64,000 bases of DNA. Source: Patellaria atrata CBS 101060. Lineage: Eukaryota. A model generated the notes under the pieces. The model ran no database searches. It had not been told where the DNA came from and worked only from the letters and a program-made list of their open reading frames with translations. Positions within the stretch are counted from its first letter, which is position 1; every line of letters starts with the position of its first letter. Shown here piece by piece: positions 37,287 through 50,557 of the stretch. The position numbers and the translations under genes are program-made. The stretch lies in NCBI GenBank assembly GCA_010093705.1, contig MU006089.1, positions 818,011-882,010 of the forward strand, read 5' to 3'.

Positions 37287-38725
37287 ATGTCCATCCGAGA
37301 GAAGGTCAAAGAGAAGCTGCACATGAACGGCAAAGACGATGTATGTATCACTTGACTGTCAAATGCATAGCACTGTGGTCCAGTTTCTCTGCGCAACATT
37401 CCATTACATATCTACTTTCGTCGTTCTTTTACTCTGTATTCTCAATATTCTCATGTTTTCCCATTTTACCAAATGGATCGCTCGCTCGATTGATGAACTA
37501 CAAGTAGCATTCCGCAAGCTGATAAGGATTCAGAATTCAGATCCTGAAGCACCTCGCCTGAAATGTACGTATATCCAAATTTAGATCTCTAGCCGCATTA
37601 CTAACCGCTCTCTTAGACTACGATATAACCTGTATGTATGCCGATAGCTCATGCATAACCTGCGACTATCCTAAGACTGACCACTTCTATCGATCAGTAA
37701 CCAACGATGACGTCGACAACATTGAGAACAATGACTCCTTTCGAGAAAGCTTCATAGACAACTTCGTAGATAGATCCCCCGCAAGGTATCGAACAGATGG
37801 GTGGCTATCAGATAATGTTCGTTCACATCCCTTTAGTCGCATACATCTAAATTAACCATTTCACAGGTCATATCCTTTTGGGAGGAGTGAGTCGTCCTTG
37901 CAACCTTTCACACCGCCTACTCATAAAGCCAGATATCTAGAGCGCAATGAGCTTGAAAAAGAGGCAAATAAGTCTGCGCAAATCGTCCTCTTACGTCCAT
38001 CTATGGCCGTTCTTCTGATGAGCTCCCCGGACCCACAATCCCTACGAAGTGCACTCCCAAACTTCGAACAGATTACTCATATCTTCCTCCCCATTAACGA
38101 CGCTAATAACTACGACGTCACATCGAGTGGGACTCACTGGTCTCTCCTGGTTGTCAGCAAACTCGATGGCGTTGCATTCCACTACGACAGCATGGAACCG
38201 GCAAATATCAAATACGCCAAAGCCGCCGCTACCAAATTATCCGAATTACTTCAGACACCCCTCCATTTTCATGAGATGAATGATTGTCCCCAACAAGACA
38301 ATGGAAGCGATTGCGGTGTCTTCGTCTGCGTCGCGATGGAGGAGTTACTCATTCGCCTGCTGAACGTGGAGAGGGCACAGAAGATCACGATGAGCATGGA
38401 GAATCGGATTCAGGATAAGAATCTCAATTCGAATATGAGGACGAAGTTAATGAAGATCATCCAGGGGCTTGTGGAGCAGGAGAAGAAGCGCAAGAAGGAG
38501 GAGACGAAGAGGAAGAGGGAAGAGGCGGCGAGCGAGAGGAGTAGTGTCGATGAGGACAGGTTGAGGGTTGACAATATGGACTCGAAGAGTAGTAGATCGT
38601 AAGTTGTTCACTATCCAAGCACATATTTCGCGCTCGCTATGTGGATGATGCTAATGACCTATAGGAGGAGTCGAAGCCGCTTGCGCATGAAGTTAGGAGG
38701 GGGGAGCAGCCCTCTTAAGATTTGA
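37287..38725 (+). CDS. denA: NEDD8-specific protease (DEN1/SENP8, Ulp1/C48 family); about 7 exons
   Basis: 'WLSDN|VISFWEE|YLE', 'IVLLRPSMA', 'THIFLPIND', catalytic 'GTHWSLLVVS', 'FHYDS', 'PQQDNGSDCGVFVC'. Predicted exons 37287-37340, 37534-37564, 37617-37631, 37698-37816, 37867-37886, 37933-38598, 38665-38725. Confidence 0.88.
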
Positions 38726-39625
38726 ATTATACAGGTAGTCGAGTTCTAGATAACTAATTGGTTTTCTTTTCAAGGTCGTGGTGTTATAGCATCAGCATGT
38801 CTGGCGAATTGGTGTTCTGGCGGCCATTTTTCAAATACCAGCGTGTCTCAATTGGACCGAATGGGTTATGATAAGGTACAAACTTGCTTTACATTGATTG
38901 ACTTCATCACGCTTGATTTCGAATCTGGAAATAAACGGGACATATATCCAACAGATTATCATAAGAGACCTGGAAATGAAAATAGTCGTGCGCTCGTATC
39001 TTCCACTTGTCAATAGTTGGCATTCCTCGATCACTACCTTGTATACCGCACCCGACACTGTACACATTAGGAAATGATAAACCAGTACAGCTCTTCCGAG
39101 CTTTCACCCGTCTGTACATACATGCCTACATCAGACGTCAGATCCAACCACAGCGTATACCATGGTACCGCAAGAATGCCGCGAAAACAGAACCTACTCA
39201 ATCTAAACTGCCATAAAAGCATGCACCACTCAAAACTCACGGATACCACATCCAGAAAAATTGCCAAGCAATGAATTAAATAGTCTACATATCCCGTGGT
39301 ACATTGTACCACCACCGGCATTCTCCTGAGCGCAGCGGCTCAACCAAACCTGAAAGCATGGGAGCTTAACTTAACATTAACCAACCACCCTACAATGACG
39401 CCAGAGCGATGCAAACCTTAAATACAAGAACCTCAGACCTAAAGAAAGCGCCCTAAGCGACGATGGCAGAATATGAGAAAGGGGAACTGTACAGTGCGGA
39501 GATAAAAGACAGAAAAGCAACGTAAACGACAAGATGAACCGCCGGAGCTTTTTTCCTCACCTTACATGCAATAAAGAAATCGGGAGCAACGGAAGAATGG
39601 GGATCGGTATGCGAGTTAAGTGGGA

Positions 39626-40834
39626 CTAAAACCTTTCCCTGGGCCCGTTGCCATGGTTTTCGAACAGATCCTCGAGATAGGCACTTGGGGCCCTCCGTTC
39701 GGTGCCGGGAGTGTTCAAGTTCAAGGTACTCGTGCTTGGGCCCGAGCTGCCGTATAGCGCCCCCCTCTCGCCGACGTTTCCAACAATGCTGCCTCTCCAG
39801 ATACTACTGTCGTTTCCACGGCTGGGCACACAGCCGTAGATGCTGTCAGCGCCTCTACTGGGAGGTAGGTTTGGAGAACCGGGCGGCGAATGTCCGATGC
39901 TTTGTGCGCGGGAGTATCCTGCGCCTTGCGGACCGAGACTGCTGAGGAGGCCGCCGCCGCCGATGTGAGTCATACCAGCGCCGCCGGCTGGTGCGGAGTT
40001 CGTCGAGGCGTAGTAACCGGCGGGGAGGAAGCTGGAAGAGCGGTTGGCGCTGCTGTGAAGACCGGCGCCTGCTGTGGGACTGAAGAATAAGGAGCTGGAG
40101 CCTGCGACACTGCTCTTGGTTACGCCGGACTTGGGTTTTGGTAGAGGGGTGGAAAGATGGTCGAGGCTGAGGGATGAGCCGCCGCCGACTTTGTAGAATC
40201 CGTTGCCGGGCCCGCGGAGCATGGATTTTCCTTCGGGGTAATATTGGGCCATTGCGGCGCGTTTGACGGATCGGTGGAGGGACCAAGCAACCGCACCGCG
40301 CCATGCTAGGACGGATGCACCGAGGACTCCAAGAATGGCTCCGACTGCGATGAAGACGGTTCCTTCGGGGAGATTGGACTTCTGCATATACGGAGCGTTT
40401 GCTGTGTACGGGACAATCATAGTTGGGATACCATAACCAGCGATGGTAGGGACGTTCGAAAGATGGAAAACGGACGTGTTTTCGTCAAAAGTACGAGTAC
40501 CGGTACTTGTTGTAGTCGCTGTGGTAGAAGATTCCGCTGTCGTCGTCGCAGCTTCCGTCGTACTCTCAGCACTCTCCTCCGTTGTGCTTGCCAGTGTTGT
40601 CTCCCTCACTCTTTCCGAAGTACTCTCTGATTCCTCAGTGGTGGAAGCTGATGTCACTTCCACAGAATTCTCTGATTCTTCTGTCGGAGTGGGTCGATTT
40701 GGTCGAGGGTCTTCTACCGACGTTTGCTCGGGTCGATTGCCTTGCGCCTGCGCGACTGCAACAAAGAACGAAAGTAACAAAATCGGTAGAAGGAAGGCCA
40801 AAGGGCCGAGTTTCGATTTCGATGATAACCTCAT
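39626..40834 (-). CDS. Single-pass type I membrane protein, CSI2/PRM5/YNL058C-like
   Basis: Signal peptide, S/T/E-rich ectodomain, 'VPYTANAPYMQKSNLPEGTVFIAVGAILG' TM segment, 'SSLFFSPTA', C-terminal 'RAPSAYLEDLF'. Confidence 0.82.
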   Translation of the reverse strand: MRLSSKSKLGPLAFLLPILLLSFFVAVAQAQGNRPEQTSVEDPRPNRPTPTEESENSVEVTSASTTEESESTSERVRETTLASTTEESAESTTEAATTTAESSTTATTTSTGTRTFDENTSVFHLSNVPTIAGYGIPTMIVPYTANAPYMQKSNLPEGTVFIAVGAILGVLGASVLAWRGAVAWSLHRSVKRAAMAQYYPEGKSMLRGPGNGFYKVGGGSSLSLDHLSTPLPKPKSGVTKSSVAGSSSLFFSPTAGAGLHSSANRSSSFLPAGYYASTNSAPAGGAGMTHIGGGGLLSSLGPQGAGYSRAQSIGHSPPGSPNLPPSRGADSIYGCVPSRGNDSSIWRGSIVGNVGERGALYGSSGPSTSTLNLNTPGTERRAPSAYLEDLFENHGNGPRERF

Positions 40835-41847
40835 GATGTCAAAATGTGTGTTTGTTCTAAATAAACGCCTATAAACTCGCGTGAAATGAAGACACGCAAG
40901 ACGAAGCTAAAAGCAAGAAGCCGTCTGATGCCTTCAAAAGAGTGTCCGATGACTTATAAAAGTCGCCTTAGTTCAAGACAATGTCCGAAGTGACGGATCC
41001 TGTAATGGATCTATGGCCGATATCTAATATGTATGTTTGACTGGTGTTCCCGTTGTTTTGCTGAATGAACGAGTACAAAGGGGGTACGTAAGGACAGTGT
41101 TTTGCACTGCCTCGAAGTTTCTACCGTACCCCTCTGAAACAAGTCCCTTTTGGGCAACCCTCGAATAAAGGTTTGTTTGTCAAATCGATACCGGTGTATT
41201 ATAATGCATATAGAAATGAGCGTATAAGTGTAGCACGAGCGTGAAGGCGTAGGAAACTGGTGACACGGAGGATGCAAGTTGTCGCAGTGGAGTTCTTTGA
41301 ATCAGGGAGTGTGCAGAGATGTGCAGGATGTGTCAAGTCCCGCCAAAACGTCCCCCTTGTCCACTTGTCCCGTGGTTCGTTGCCATGCCAGGGCGAGCCG
41401 CTCGTTTCTGTTTTTAGCCTAGTGCTGTCGGAAGTTTATGCTCGATGTTCAACTCGAATCCAGCCTTATCACGTGAGTCTGATTAGGTAACATGATGTTT
41501 GCTCTTCACGTGCCCGCTCCAGTTCTCCTTCAGTCTTTCAGAAACTTCACTTCCACCACAATATCGAAAAATTTTATGTCGCACACCAATTTGCGAGGCT
41601 TTTTGACGAGATCTCAGATAATCGTATTACTTTTTTATATTCTTAACCGTTAATTAAGCAAATGACCAAAAAGAAATCACGCTCTTTTAAAGAAAAAGTA
41701 GCATACTTTTATATGCCAAGATTTCGTATGTGCCCGTACTGGTGGTACGTGCACCTCAAAAAACATTTGAGGTGACCGCATAAGCCCAGAGCACTTCCAG
41801 TGGCACAGGTGACTCTATTGAACTTTCCCCGCCAGTTCTTCCTCAGT

Positions 41848-42592
41848 ATGGGTGTGCAGAAAAAGACTCGCAAGTATGCGCAGGTATGTGCACTAGATAT
41901 CTAGACTTTTGCTTTTCAATACTGATTCCTCGCAGGTTAAGAGAGTCATCGGCCAAAGAGACGCAAGACTGTATGTTGGAACAGTTTCTTCTTCGAGAAT
42001 TGAAGCTCACCGTCTCCCTTAGGAAGAAGAATCAACTCAAAGCTGAAGCAGACGTTCATAAGCCGAAAGGCGATGATGTTGTTCGCGAAATGTAAGTGGT
42101 CCTATCATGACAGACCTTACCGGGTGTCGAAGTTGAATTATTTGCAGTCCCCAGGTCTCTTCCTCCCTGTTCTTCCAGTATAATACCGCCCTTACACCTC
42201 CCTACTCAGTCCTAGTCGATACCAACTTTCTCTCCCATACGGTACGAAATAAACTTGAGCTTCTTCCCACCATGATGGACTGCCTATATGCAAAATGCAT
42301 ACCTATCATCACTTCTTGCGTTATGGCAGAACTGGAGAAACTAGGTCAAAAATACAGGATTGCTCTCAGAATCGCGCGTGATGAACGTTGGGAACGACTT
42401 CAATGCGACCATAAAGGGACATATGCAGATGACTGCATTGTGGACCGAGTGACCAAACATAAGATCTACATTGTTGCGACGAACGATAGAGACCTTAAGC
42501 GGAGAATTCGAAAAGTACCTGGTGTTCCTATCATGAGCGTGGCTAGGGGAAAATATATCATTGAGAGACTTCCGGATGCGCCTGAGAAATGA
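41848..42592 (+). CDS. FCF1: PIN-domain rRNA-processing endonuclease
   Basis: 'MGVQKKTRKYAQ|VKRVIGQRDAR', 'FFQYNTALTPPYSVLVDTNFLSH', 'CDHKGTYADDCIV', 'YIVATNDRDLKRRIRKVPGVPIM'. Three introns. Confidence 0.96.
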
Positions 42593-43010
42593 GAGACTCG
42601 ACAGAAACTGTTCCAACCTCACAGTACTACAAGCCTGGGACTCGGTTCACTCTCCACGAGGAATCTAGAATTGAATTCATCGGCAAACCTACGTCATACG
42701 TTCTGCTTATTCTGTACCACATCGGTCAGCTCGATAACAAACGATCACAATGCATCTCCAGGCACGGTCTGCTCAACTCACACTCACTGAAAGTAGGCTG
42801 AGGTCAACCTCTTCCAGAAATATTGCCCTACGAATATTTACTAAATATACCTAAACGGCTGAGAGCCCTAAAGCGTACGAAATTGAGAAGATCTGAGGTA
42901 TGGATGGAAAGGGTTAGAAATGTTAGGATATGTACAGTACAGCAATGGTAGTTTCGCAAAGATAAGATTTGAGAAACAATTAAAGCACAGGATACGGGTA
43001 TCAACGTATA

Positions 43011-44602
43011 TCATGAACTATCTGAATCGCTGTCTGAGCCCTCTTTCTCTTCTTGTTGAGACGCACCATCATCATCCTCTTCAGAGTCAGCGCTCCCCGT
43101 CATTATGAATGCAGTCAGACATGTTATACGATTGCCTGTTTCGTAAGTCTTTATGAGGGTCCCCATGGATTTGACTTCCTCGTTCTTCGACTTCTCTTTC
43201 TCTGCAGAATCGCCGTTCACGCCGTTGATGGTACCATTTGCCGTTTCCGAAGACACAAGTTCTTCTAAATTGAGACACCACGTTCTTACAGCACCATCAC
43301 TACTACCTGCTACCACTAGAGCTTGATCCACAGATGACTCATCTTCCGATGAGAGAGGCAGTATCTGGAAGTCTTTAATGCGTCCGGTAATGTTATCTGT
43401 TTTGCCTCCAATTTGGCCTAATAGTATACACTCAGGCAATGATTTCCAAGCAGGTTGTGTTTCTGAGGACTTCAGGTCGTTTGAGCTATTGGCCTCCGTA
43501 CTATAAAAAAGAATACGTCCATCTTCGGTTGACAAAACGAGCACCTTCTTTTCCAAATCCGGTAAATAGCTTATCTCATGTATCTTCGTTCTAGGTTGAG
43601 GTACGATACGAAGCTTGGGTTTTGAGTTCTGCGACATTAGCATTAAGGAACCAAAGGGGTACTGTATTTGATCAAACGTACCAGGTCATAGATCGCAACA
43701 CCTCTCTCAAAAGCTATTGCGAACTCGGTACCCTCCTTATCCCATACAACCTTACGGCCCTCTCCACTACCCCACTTCCCCTCTCCGACTTTCTGTAGCA
43801 TATCTTTCTCGAAATTGAGGACGCCCGCCTTCTTTCCGGTCATCAGGTTCCATAATCTCACACACTTCTCACCTTTTCCTACGCTTACCATAAGCTTCAT
43901 GCTCGGGTGAACTGCGAAATCATTCACGCCGGCCGGTGTATCCCCCGCAGCTGCAGTATCACCACTTGGTCTCCCAACAGCTGCCGGCATAGGGGCTTTA
44001 ATTGTAGATAGCACGGTCCAGTCTCTTGAGCGAGTTACTGCTATTGTGTTATCTTCCGCTGCAGACATCAATTTCCCTCGTTGTGGCCAGTAGAGTGCGG
44101 TTACGCTTGAGGCATGGTGGAGAAGTGATCCTAGTTCGCGGTTCTTGCGGTTCTCAGATACTGTCGCTCCAGTGAGCGATGGGAGCGATGGCTTGGAGCC
44201 TCTAGAGGGAGGTGAGGTGGAAAGTTGGTATAGGTTGATGCGCTCATCCGTACTGCCACTTGCTAGTACAAGTTTATTTTTCGATTCTGGAGACTTCAAG
44301 GACGGAGAGACTGCGACACAGCGGATTGCTGATGTGTGGGCATTGAAAAGGAAGGTATCTGCAACTTTGACTTCGGGAGAAGCTTCAGATGGGTTCGATA
44401 ACCTCTTGGGCGGAATGGCTACTGTAAACCCGTGCAAAACCCGCTCGTAGCTTCCCGTGATAACCTGAATATAAGTGTCTTGAGTATGGGCTTCGGACGC
44501 ATTCACAGTCTCATTTCGTGGATTTGACGATTTATGCTGTTTCGATATGCCATTCTGAGTGCCAGCACCATTTTCAATTGGCCCTCGTTTCCTCTTGGGC
44601 AT
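43011..44602 (-). CDS. MAK11: WD40 60S ribosome biogenesis factor (PAK1IP1 family)
   Basis: 'IQVITGSYERVLHG', 'TFLFNAHTSAIRCVA', 'LASGSTDERINLY', 'NDFAVHPSMKLMVSVG', 'LWNLMTGKKA', 'RIKDF', 'RITCL'. One intron near 43630-43680. Confidence 0.93.
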
Positions 44603-44930
44603 GTTTTCTGTGATCGCTTTGGTTAGAAATTAATCCAAGGATGGACGTGACTTTTTCAGTATATAAAAGCTACAGTAATAAATTTCATAATTCTGCCGTG
44701 TTTGCTCTGACCGCCTTTACCGTAGCCGATAACCCAACGAGTTCTATCTAAGAGGCGGGCTTGGCAGCAGTATCACTCGCTCCTGGTCCTCCCTGCCTAC
44801 ATCGACGAGAGAAGCCATCACGATACTTCCATCAACAAGAAGATCAAAAAGTACTCTCATCATCAAAATTGACACATTTTCGAACTTCCGTGCGAATGAC
44901 GGATGTCGTTCTATCGGGTTCGGTCTTCAT

Positions 44931-47900
44931 ATGTCCCTAGACACTAATCGCGATGCCTATATACGAGAGAAAAAGAATGAAATTAGGTACATACTCACGA
45001 CTTTTTACGGTCGCTTTTCGATTATTTTCACTTTATATCCAAGTGCGAAACTAGAAAATCGCTTTATTTATATTATTAGCATGCGGTTGTGCTAATATGC
45101 TGTCGTAGATCCGTTCAATACAGCCATAGGCGGAAGTTGCGCGAACTTTACGCCTACACGACCGCCTGGGTAAGCAAAGCGGCCCCAAAACACGCCCACT
45201 TCCACGCCCGTCTCGATGTGGACCCCAGCGTGGACGAACTCAAGTTTCTTAACCAAAACGACCTTGAGAAGTATGTTACTGACTTCACTAAGACGCGCGA
45301 CGTAAACCATCCTCTCCAGTGAATACTTTGCTAATCAGGTCGCTGTGTTATTTGAATTTAGTGACCGATCATTCCACGACGATTCCTTACCCGACCCCAG
45401 TCAAAATGCCTATACAGCATCTAAATCTTTACCTTCACCATTTTCTGGATTATTATCACGGTTATCTAAATCACCTTCGCCATCACGTCAGACAATTTCA
45501 GGCCGCGGAGCATCCCACCCTCCCGCAGAAGAGAAGAGATCGGATATTCACATGCCAGACGCGAATGGTAGTGACTCTCCCAAACCTGGATATGACCAGT
45601 TTTCTCGGGGTAACGCGACAGTAGACCCTCAAGATGTAATGCCAGTATCTACAGACGACATTGATACGGTACCTACCGATGGCGTTGCTCTTCAGACCAA
45701 GTCAACTGATACACCTAGTGGCGCCCTCCCGGTACCTCCTAAGGACTCTCATAGACACTTGCAGGCCAATGATCACGCTCAAGATCGTATAACAAGATCA
45801 GATCGCAAGGAGACGGAGAAATTAGGAGTGACACCTTATGCACATCATGTCGGTGGAGAGGCAGCCTCCTCTCCCTCGTCCACCATCGGACCGTATTCTA
45901 CCACTACCCCTCGACCAACCCAACAGTCACCCGATACAAGCCCAGATAATGAATCTTTCCGTGATGATGTTCCGATTATACCTTCCACCCACAAAGGTCC
46001 GAGTTCCGAGGCGGACTTTGCCAACGATGAGAAAGATGAGATTCTCAAGGCCCAAATGAGGATCGCTCGAGAAGATACACATATTGGGGGTCCTGTTACT
46101 GAGGCTGATGCTCAACTACAAATGGAAGAAGAACAAGCGACAAGGGTATCAAGGGACGGGGTAAGACTTCCCGGAACCATGTCTGGTGAGGATTCTGGGG
46201 CACAAGCTATTCTAGGTCATGTCTCAAACTCTACACTTACAGAAGGAGCTTCTGGAATCGTTGAGGAGAGTTTGGGACAACAAGAGGATGGTGACCCCGC
46301 AGCTGCTGCCGCATTATCTATTAGTTCCGAGAAAGGTCCCCGTGGAACCGCTAATGATGAGACTGTCACCATATCCGACCGTGAGAAACACGATTCCAAA
46401 ACAACAAGTGAGAGCAGTGAGAAACTTGCATCTCCGGAGCCCACTGAAAGGACAGGGCCTAGCGAAACTCCTAGCAGGCCGGGACTTATGATAACAAGAG
46501 TGTCTTCAGGAGCTATACGGCAAAAGTCTGTCTCAGAGATCATTGGGGAAGAACCGAAGTCTCAGGCGAGCTCTAAGTCATCATTACCCTCCCTATCGGA
46601 ATCTCAAGTTGCTCTACATCAGGCACAAAGACCTCACACATCAGATGGCAAACACAGACGCAAACCTTCGACAGTCGTATTTGCAAAGAAAACCCCCTCT
46701 AGGAATAACGACGCTAAGGAAAATATCTCGCCAGACTATGCAGCTCTACGAGGAGCTTCTGAAGATCCTCAGAGAGATTATCTTTTGCCCCTTTTCGACT
46801 ACCAAGCTCGTCAACCACCTCGGACCTCATCTCTCACTGAAATGTTGGGCTGTGCGCCCAAAACGATGACTACCGCAGGTCAGTATGCGGCTCTTCGAGA
46901 GCTCCAAGATTACCGCATATTACGCCGCATATATCACCTGCAGAATGCAAACAGATGGTCTCTACGGCAAATGGAAGCTGCTGGTGAACCATCACATCCG
47001 ATCACACACGTTGACCATCTTATGGTTGAGATGAAGTGGATGCGGACAGATTTTCGACAAGAACGAAGGTGGAAGATTTCTCTGGCAAAGAACATGGCCC
47101 TGTGGTGTGCCGATTGGGTTGCTTCCGACAGTGAGGGCCGAGTCGCTTTGCAAGTTCGCACGAAACCGTCTACACTACTTCCCATTGGTAGAGAAGGGGA
47201 CAGTCAGAGCAGCAAGGACCAGGAAATCGTACCACCCACTCCAGGTTTGACTTCTTCAGGCGCCACCGAGGATGAATCATTTCTTGAGGTGGATGCGTTC
47301 CCAGACTTTGTCAACGCCGAACCAGCCTCGTCACTTTTTGCGCTAGGATTTGATGACGTGCTATTGACAATGCAAGATACTCCTGCGACCGACACGGTGA
47401 TGAAAGAGATTCCAAAATTCGACCCAGGTTCAAGCTACGACGATTCACCATGTCCAATTATACCAGTCTCCAAACTTGTGACCGGTAAGATCATGGCGAA
47501 AATCAGCACACCTCCTAGAAAGAGATCTAGATACGAATATGAGAGCGAAGATGAGCCCCCAACGCCACCTCGTAAACGCCACCTTTCGGATGCGTCGGTT
47601 TCTAGGTCTCCGAGTCGTTTGTTCGTTCGTGATGAGTTGCCACCAGAGGAAACAGGATTGGCGCTTTTCAGTTCTGAAAACAAACATGTTCGTGACCGGT
47701 TACATGCTGGGCAACACTTTAGACCTCCGTCTGAGTTCCCAATGCCTCCGACAAGTTTCTTCGAATGCAGGAACTCCTCCCAGTGGCTATGGGACGAAGA
47801 TCAAAAACTCAGAAATCTTGTCAAAGAGTATACGTTCAATTGGTCGCTTATTGCATCTTCCCTTCACGTCGGTTCGGATCTTGTCTCTGGGGCAGAACGT

Positions 47901-49483
47901 CGTACTCCATGGGAGTGCTTTGAGAGATGGATCAATCTAGAAGGCCTACCCTCCGAATGGCAGAAGTCACAATATTTCCGAACATACCAAGCGAGACTTG
48001 AACATGCACAACGGACAGTGTCCGCACAGTATCAAGCTCAGCAAGCGCAACAACCTCAACTTCCTGGTTCAGCGATTGGTACACCGACCCGAAGACGAAC
48101 TACCCAGCCTTTCAGAGTGGAGAGGCGGAAGAACAATAGATATCTAGCCATGATTGATGCTATGCGTAAGCTTGCTCGGAAGCGTGAGACTGCTGCTCAC
48201 AAGCAACAAGAAGGTGTGTGAGAATAGTCCCTTTCGATTTACATTTACTGACATTTAGTTAAGCTGCCAAAGCTGCTGCGCTTCGAAAAGCTCAGGAGGC
48301 CGTCAGACCTAAGAATAATGTGCACACTCCGCAGGAGTTCAGCAAGCTGAAGTACGAGAGAGACCAGAAAATGGCCGAGAACTATCGGAATCAACTCATG
48401 GCACAGAAGGTATGCTATAACACTTTAACAAAGCTGTACGGTCTCTAACGCATGGTTTAGCAAAACACGGCTGCCATGCAACGACAGGCTCTCGGTTTAT
48501 CTAACGGTGTCTCTCAACAGCGGAACGCTGCTTCAGGTATTCCCCACGGTCCAAGCCCATTAGGAACTGCCGCCGGTCAAGCTGGACATGCCCAGGGTGG
48601 CGCCAACGGACAAGCACGACCGATACCTGGACAAGGTCAAATGCCACACAACATGCCAAATGGATCAATGCCTGGCGTCTCTATGCAAGCTCCTAACATT
48701 CCGCAAGCTCAAATGCAGGTTAATATGCAAAATCAGCAACGTTTACAGCATCAAATTCCTCCTGATCTTCGTATGGCTGCCATGCAACGAGGGATGAATA
48801 TGAACTCCCAGTATCCAGTGTCTCAACAACAGTACAATCAGGGAGGCAACAGTTCAAGTCCTCCGAACATGGGAAACTCAAACGGCGCGATGCCTAACCC
48901 AGCCATGCTGGCGGCGATGTCCCAGCAAAAGGTTAGTGGCACTGGAAACGGTATGCTAGGCGTCCAAAGCTCGCCCCATATGACAAACCGCGCACCCAAC
49001 ATCCCTCAACAGCTCTCTAGTGGGCACACTCCTGCACTCCATAGTATTGAGAGCCAGATCCGCGCACAGCATCCCAACATGTCGGCCGAGCAGGTCTCCC
49101 ATCTCGCCACGGAACGCCTCAAGGGCGCCTATCTACAGCAACGCCAGACGGCGATGAATGCCGCCGCGGGTCCCTCTGCCTCACCCGCTCCGAGCGTTCA
49201 GAATGGCTTTTCTCACCCACAGCAACCACAGATGAGCCCGCCCAATGGAGCTGGTGCGTCTTCTCCTCAGGCCCTATATCAGCAACAATTGAGGAACCAT
49301 ATGCTACAGCAGCGAGCCCAAGGTACTGCGAGTCCAGGTATGAATAGCAATGCTGGTCGTCCGCCGAGTAGAAGCGCGACACCGCAGAACCCGCAACTCA
49401 TGCAGAGGGCTGGGAGTGGTGTTCCCACAGGTCAGGAACAGCACAGCCCAAGGGCTCCGCAGGCACATTTGGGTGCACGGTGA
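44931..49483 (+). CDS. EAF1: NuA4 complex scaffold with HSA and SANT/Myb domains and Q-rich tail
   Basis: 'MSLDTNRDAYIREKKNEI|..RRKLRELY', 'RIYHLQNANRWSLRQ', HSA 'DHLMVEMKWMRTDFRQERRWK', SANT 'WLWDEDQKLRNLVKEYTFNWSLIA...RTPWECFERW', 'TPQEFSKLKYERD'. Confidence 0.93.
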
Positions 49484-50557
49484 AGGGACATTTTTCGAGC
49501 GGGCTTATTTCGATCTTGTAAATATACATGGAGGTCTTCCATTTTTTTACTTCTTGGGCCTGGCTTTCCGGCGTTGATTTATACGAACGGATACCTTTTG
49601 GCGTGGGACACATATCTTTTCTTTTTGGGATGGGTTGGATTGGGTTGGATTGGGTTGAAGCGTGGTGTCCCGGTGTCTGGAGTATTACTCTTTTTCTTGG
49701 AGGATAGGTTTGGGAGGGCACGAAGCATGTGGAAGTTCCGTATCGGTCGAGTATAGAAGGATTGAAGCGGTAGATACTCGAAGCATGTAGCTTCAATTTG
49801 AGGCTTTGAATCATCTGGTTCTTCAGGCTTGATATGGTGATTTTTCAGATTATGTTGTGATTGTTGTGTTACCTACTCCCGAAATCGGACCCCTGGAATA
49901 CGACCCATGGTATGACAAGTCAAGAGAACTTTAGCCCTGCTAACCAAAAGTATTTTTCTTTAAATATTTCGACATCCGGTCATATCTACTTCTTAAATCT
50001 CCCAATCACACCTCATACAACACTAAGAATCAACAACTATGCCTTCTAACATTTCCAAATGGCGACTCTTCCTCAATTGAAATCCTCACAGAACGATACT
50101 CCTCGCCCAAATTCTTACCGCTACATACAACAAGGCCACGATGTGGCTACACTTGTAAGGGTTCCTAACTAAACTGTATATGGTAGAGTTTAAGGAATGA
50201 CAACTGTGGCCGTAAATGCAGCACAAGCACGTCTAGCATGGGTCTCCCAGCCTTGTTTTGCACATTACAGTCCTCCTCCTAATCCGGAATTGGCGAACGT
50301 GTGTTATAAATTGTTTTTAAGTGACCTTGAGACCTTTCATTCCGCTATGGTACAGTTAGGACCATCTCATGTATGTTCTCACCAGACCCTAGTATGAGTC
50401 TCGTCCATGGTTTAATATTGGAAGATTACTCAAGCAAAGCCAAAGAGGTGTGCGCTTGACTCCCAACGGGGAGCGTTCTTTTCTTTGCATTGATTTTTTT
50501 AATTTCTTTTTCATCATTCATAGTATGTTTATGTTCATGGAGCGCGGTATACGAGGC

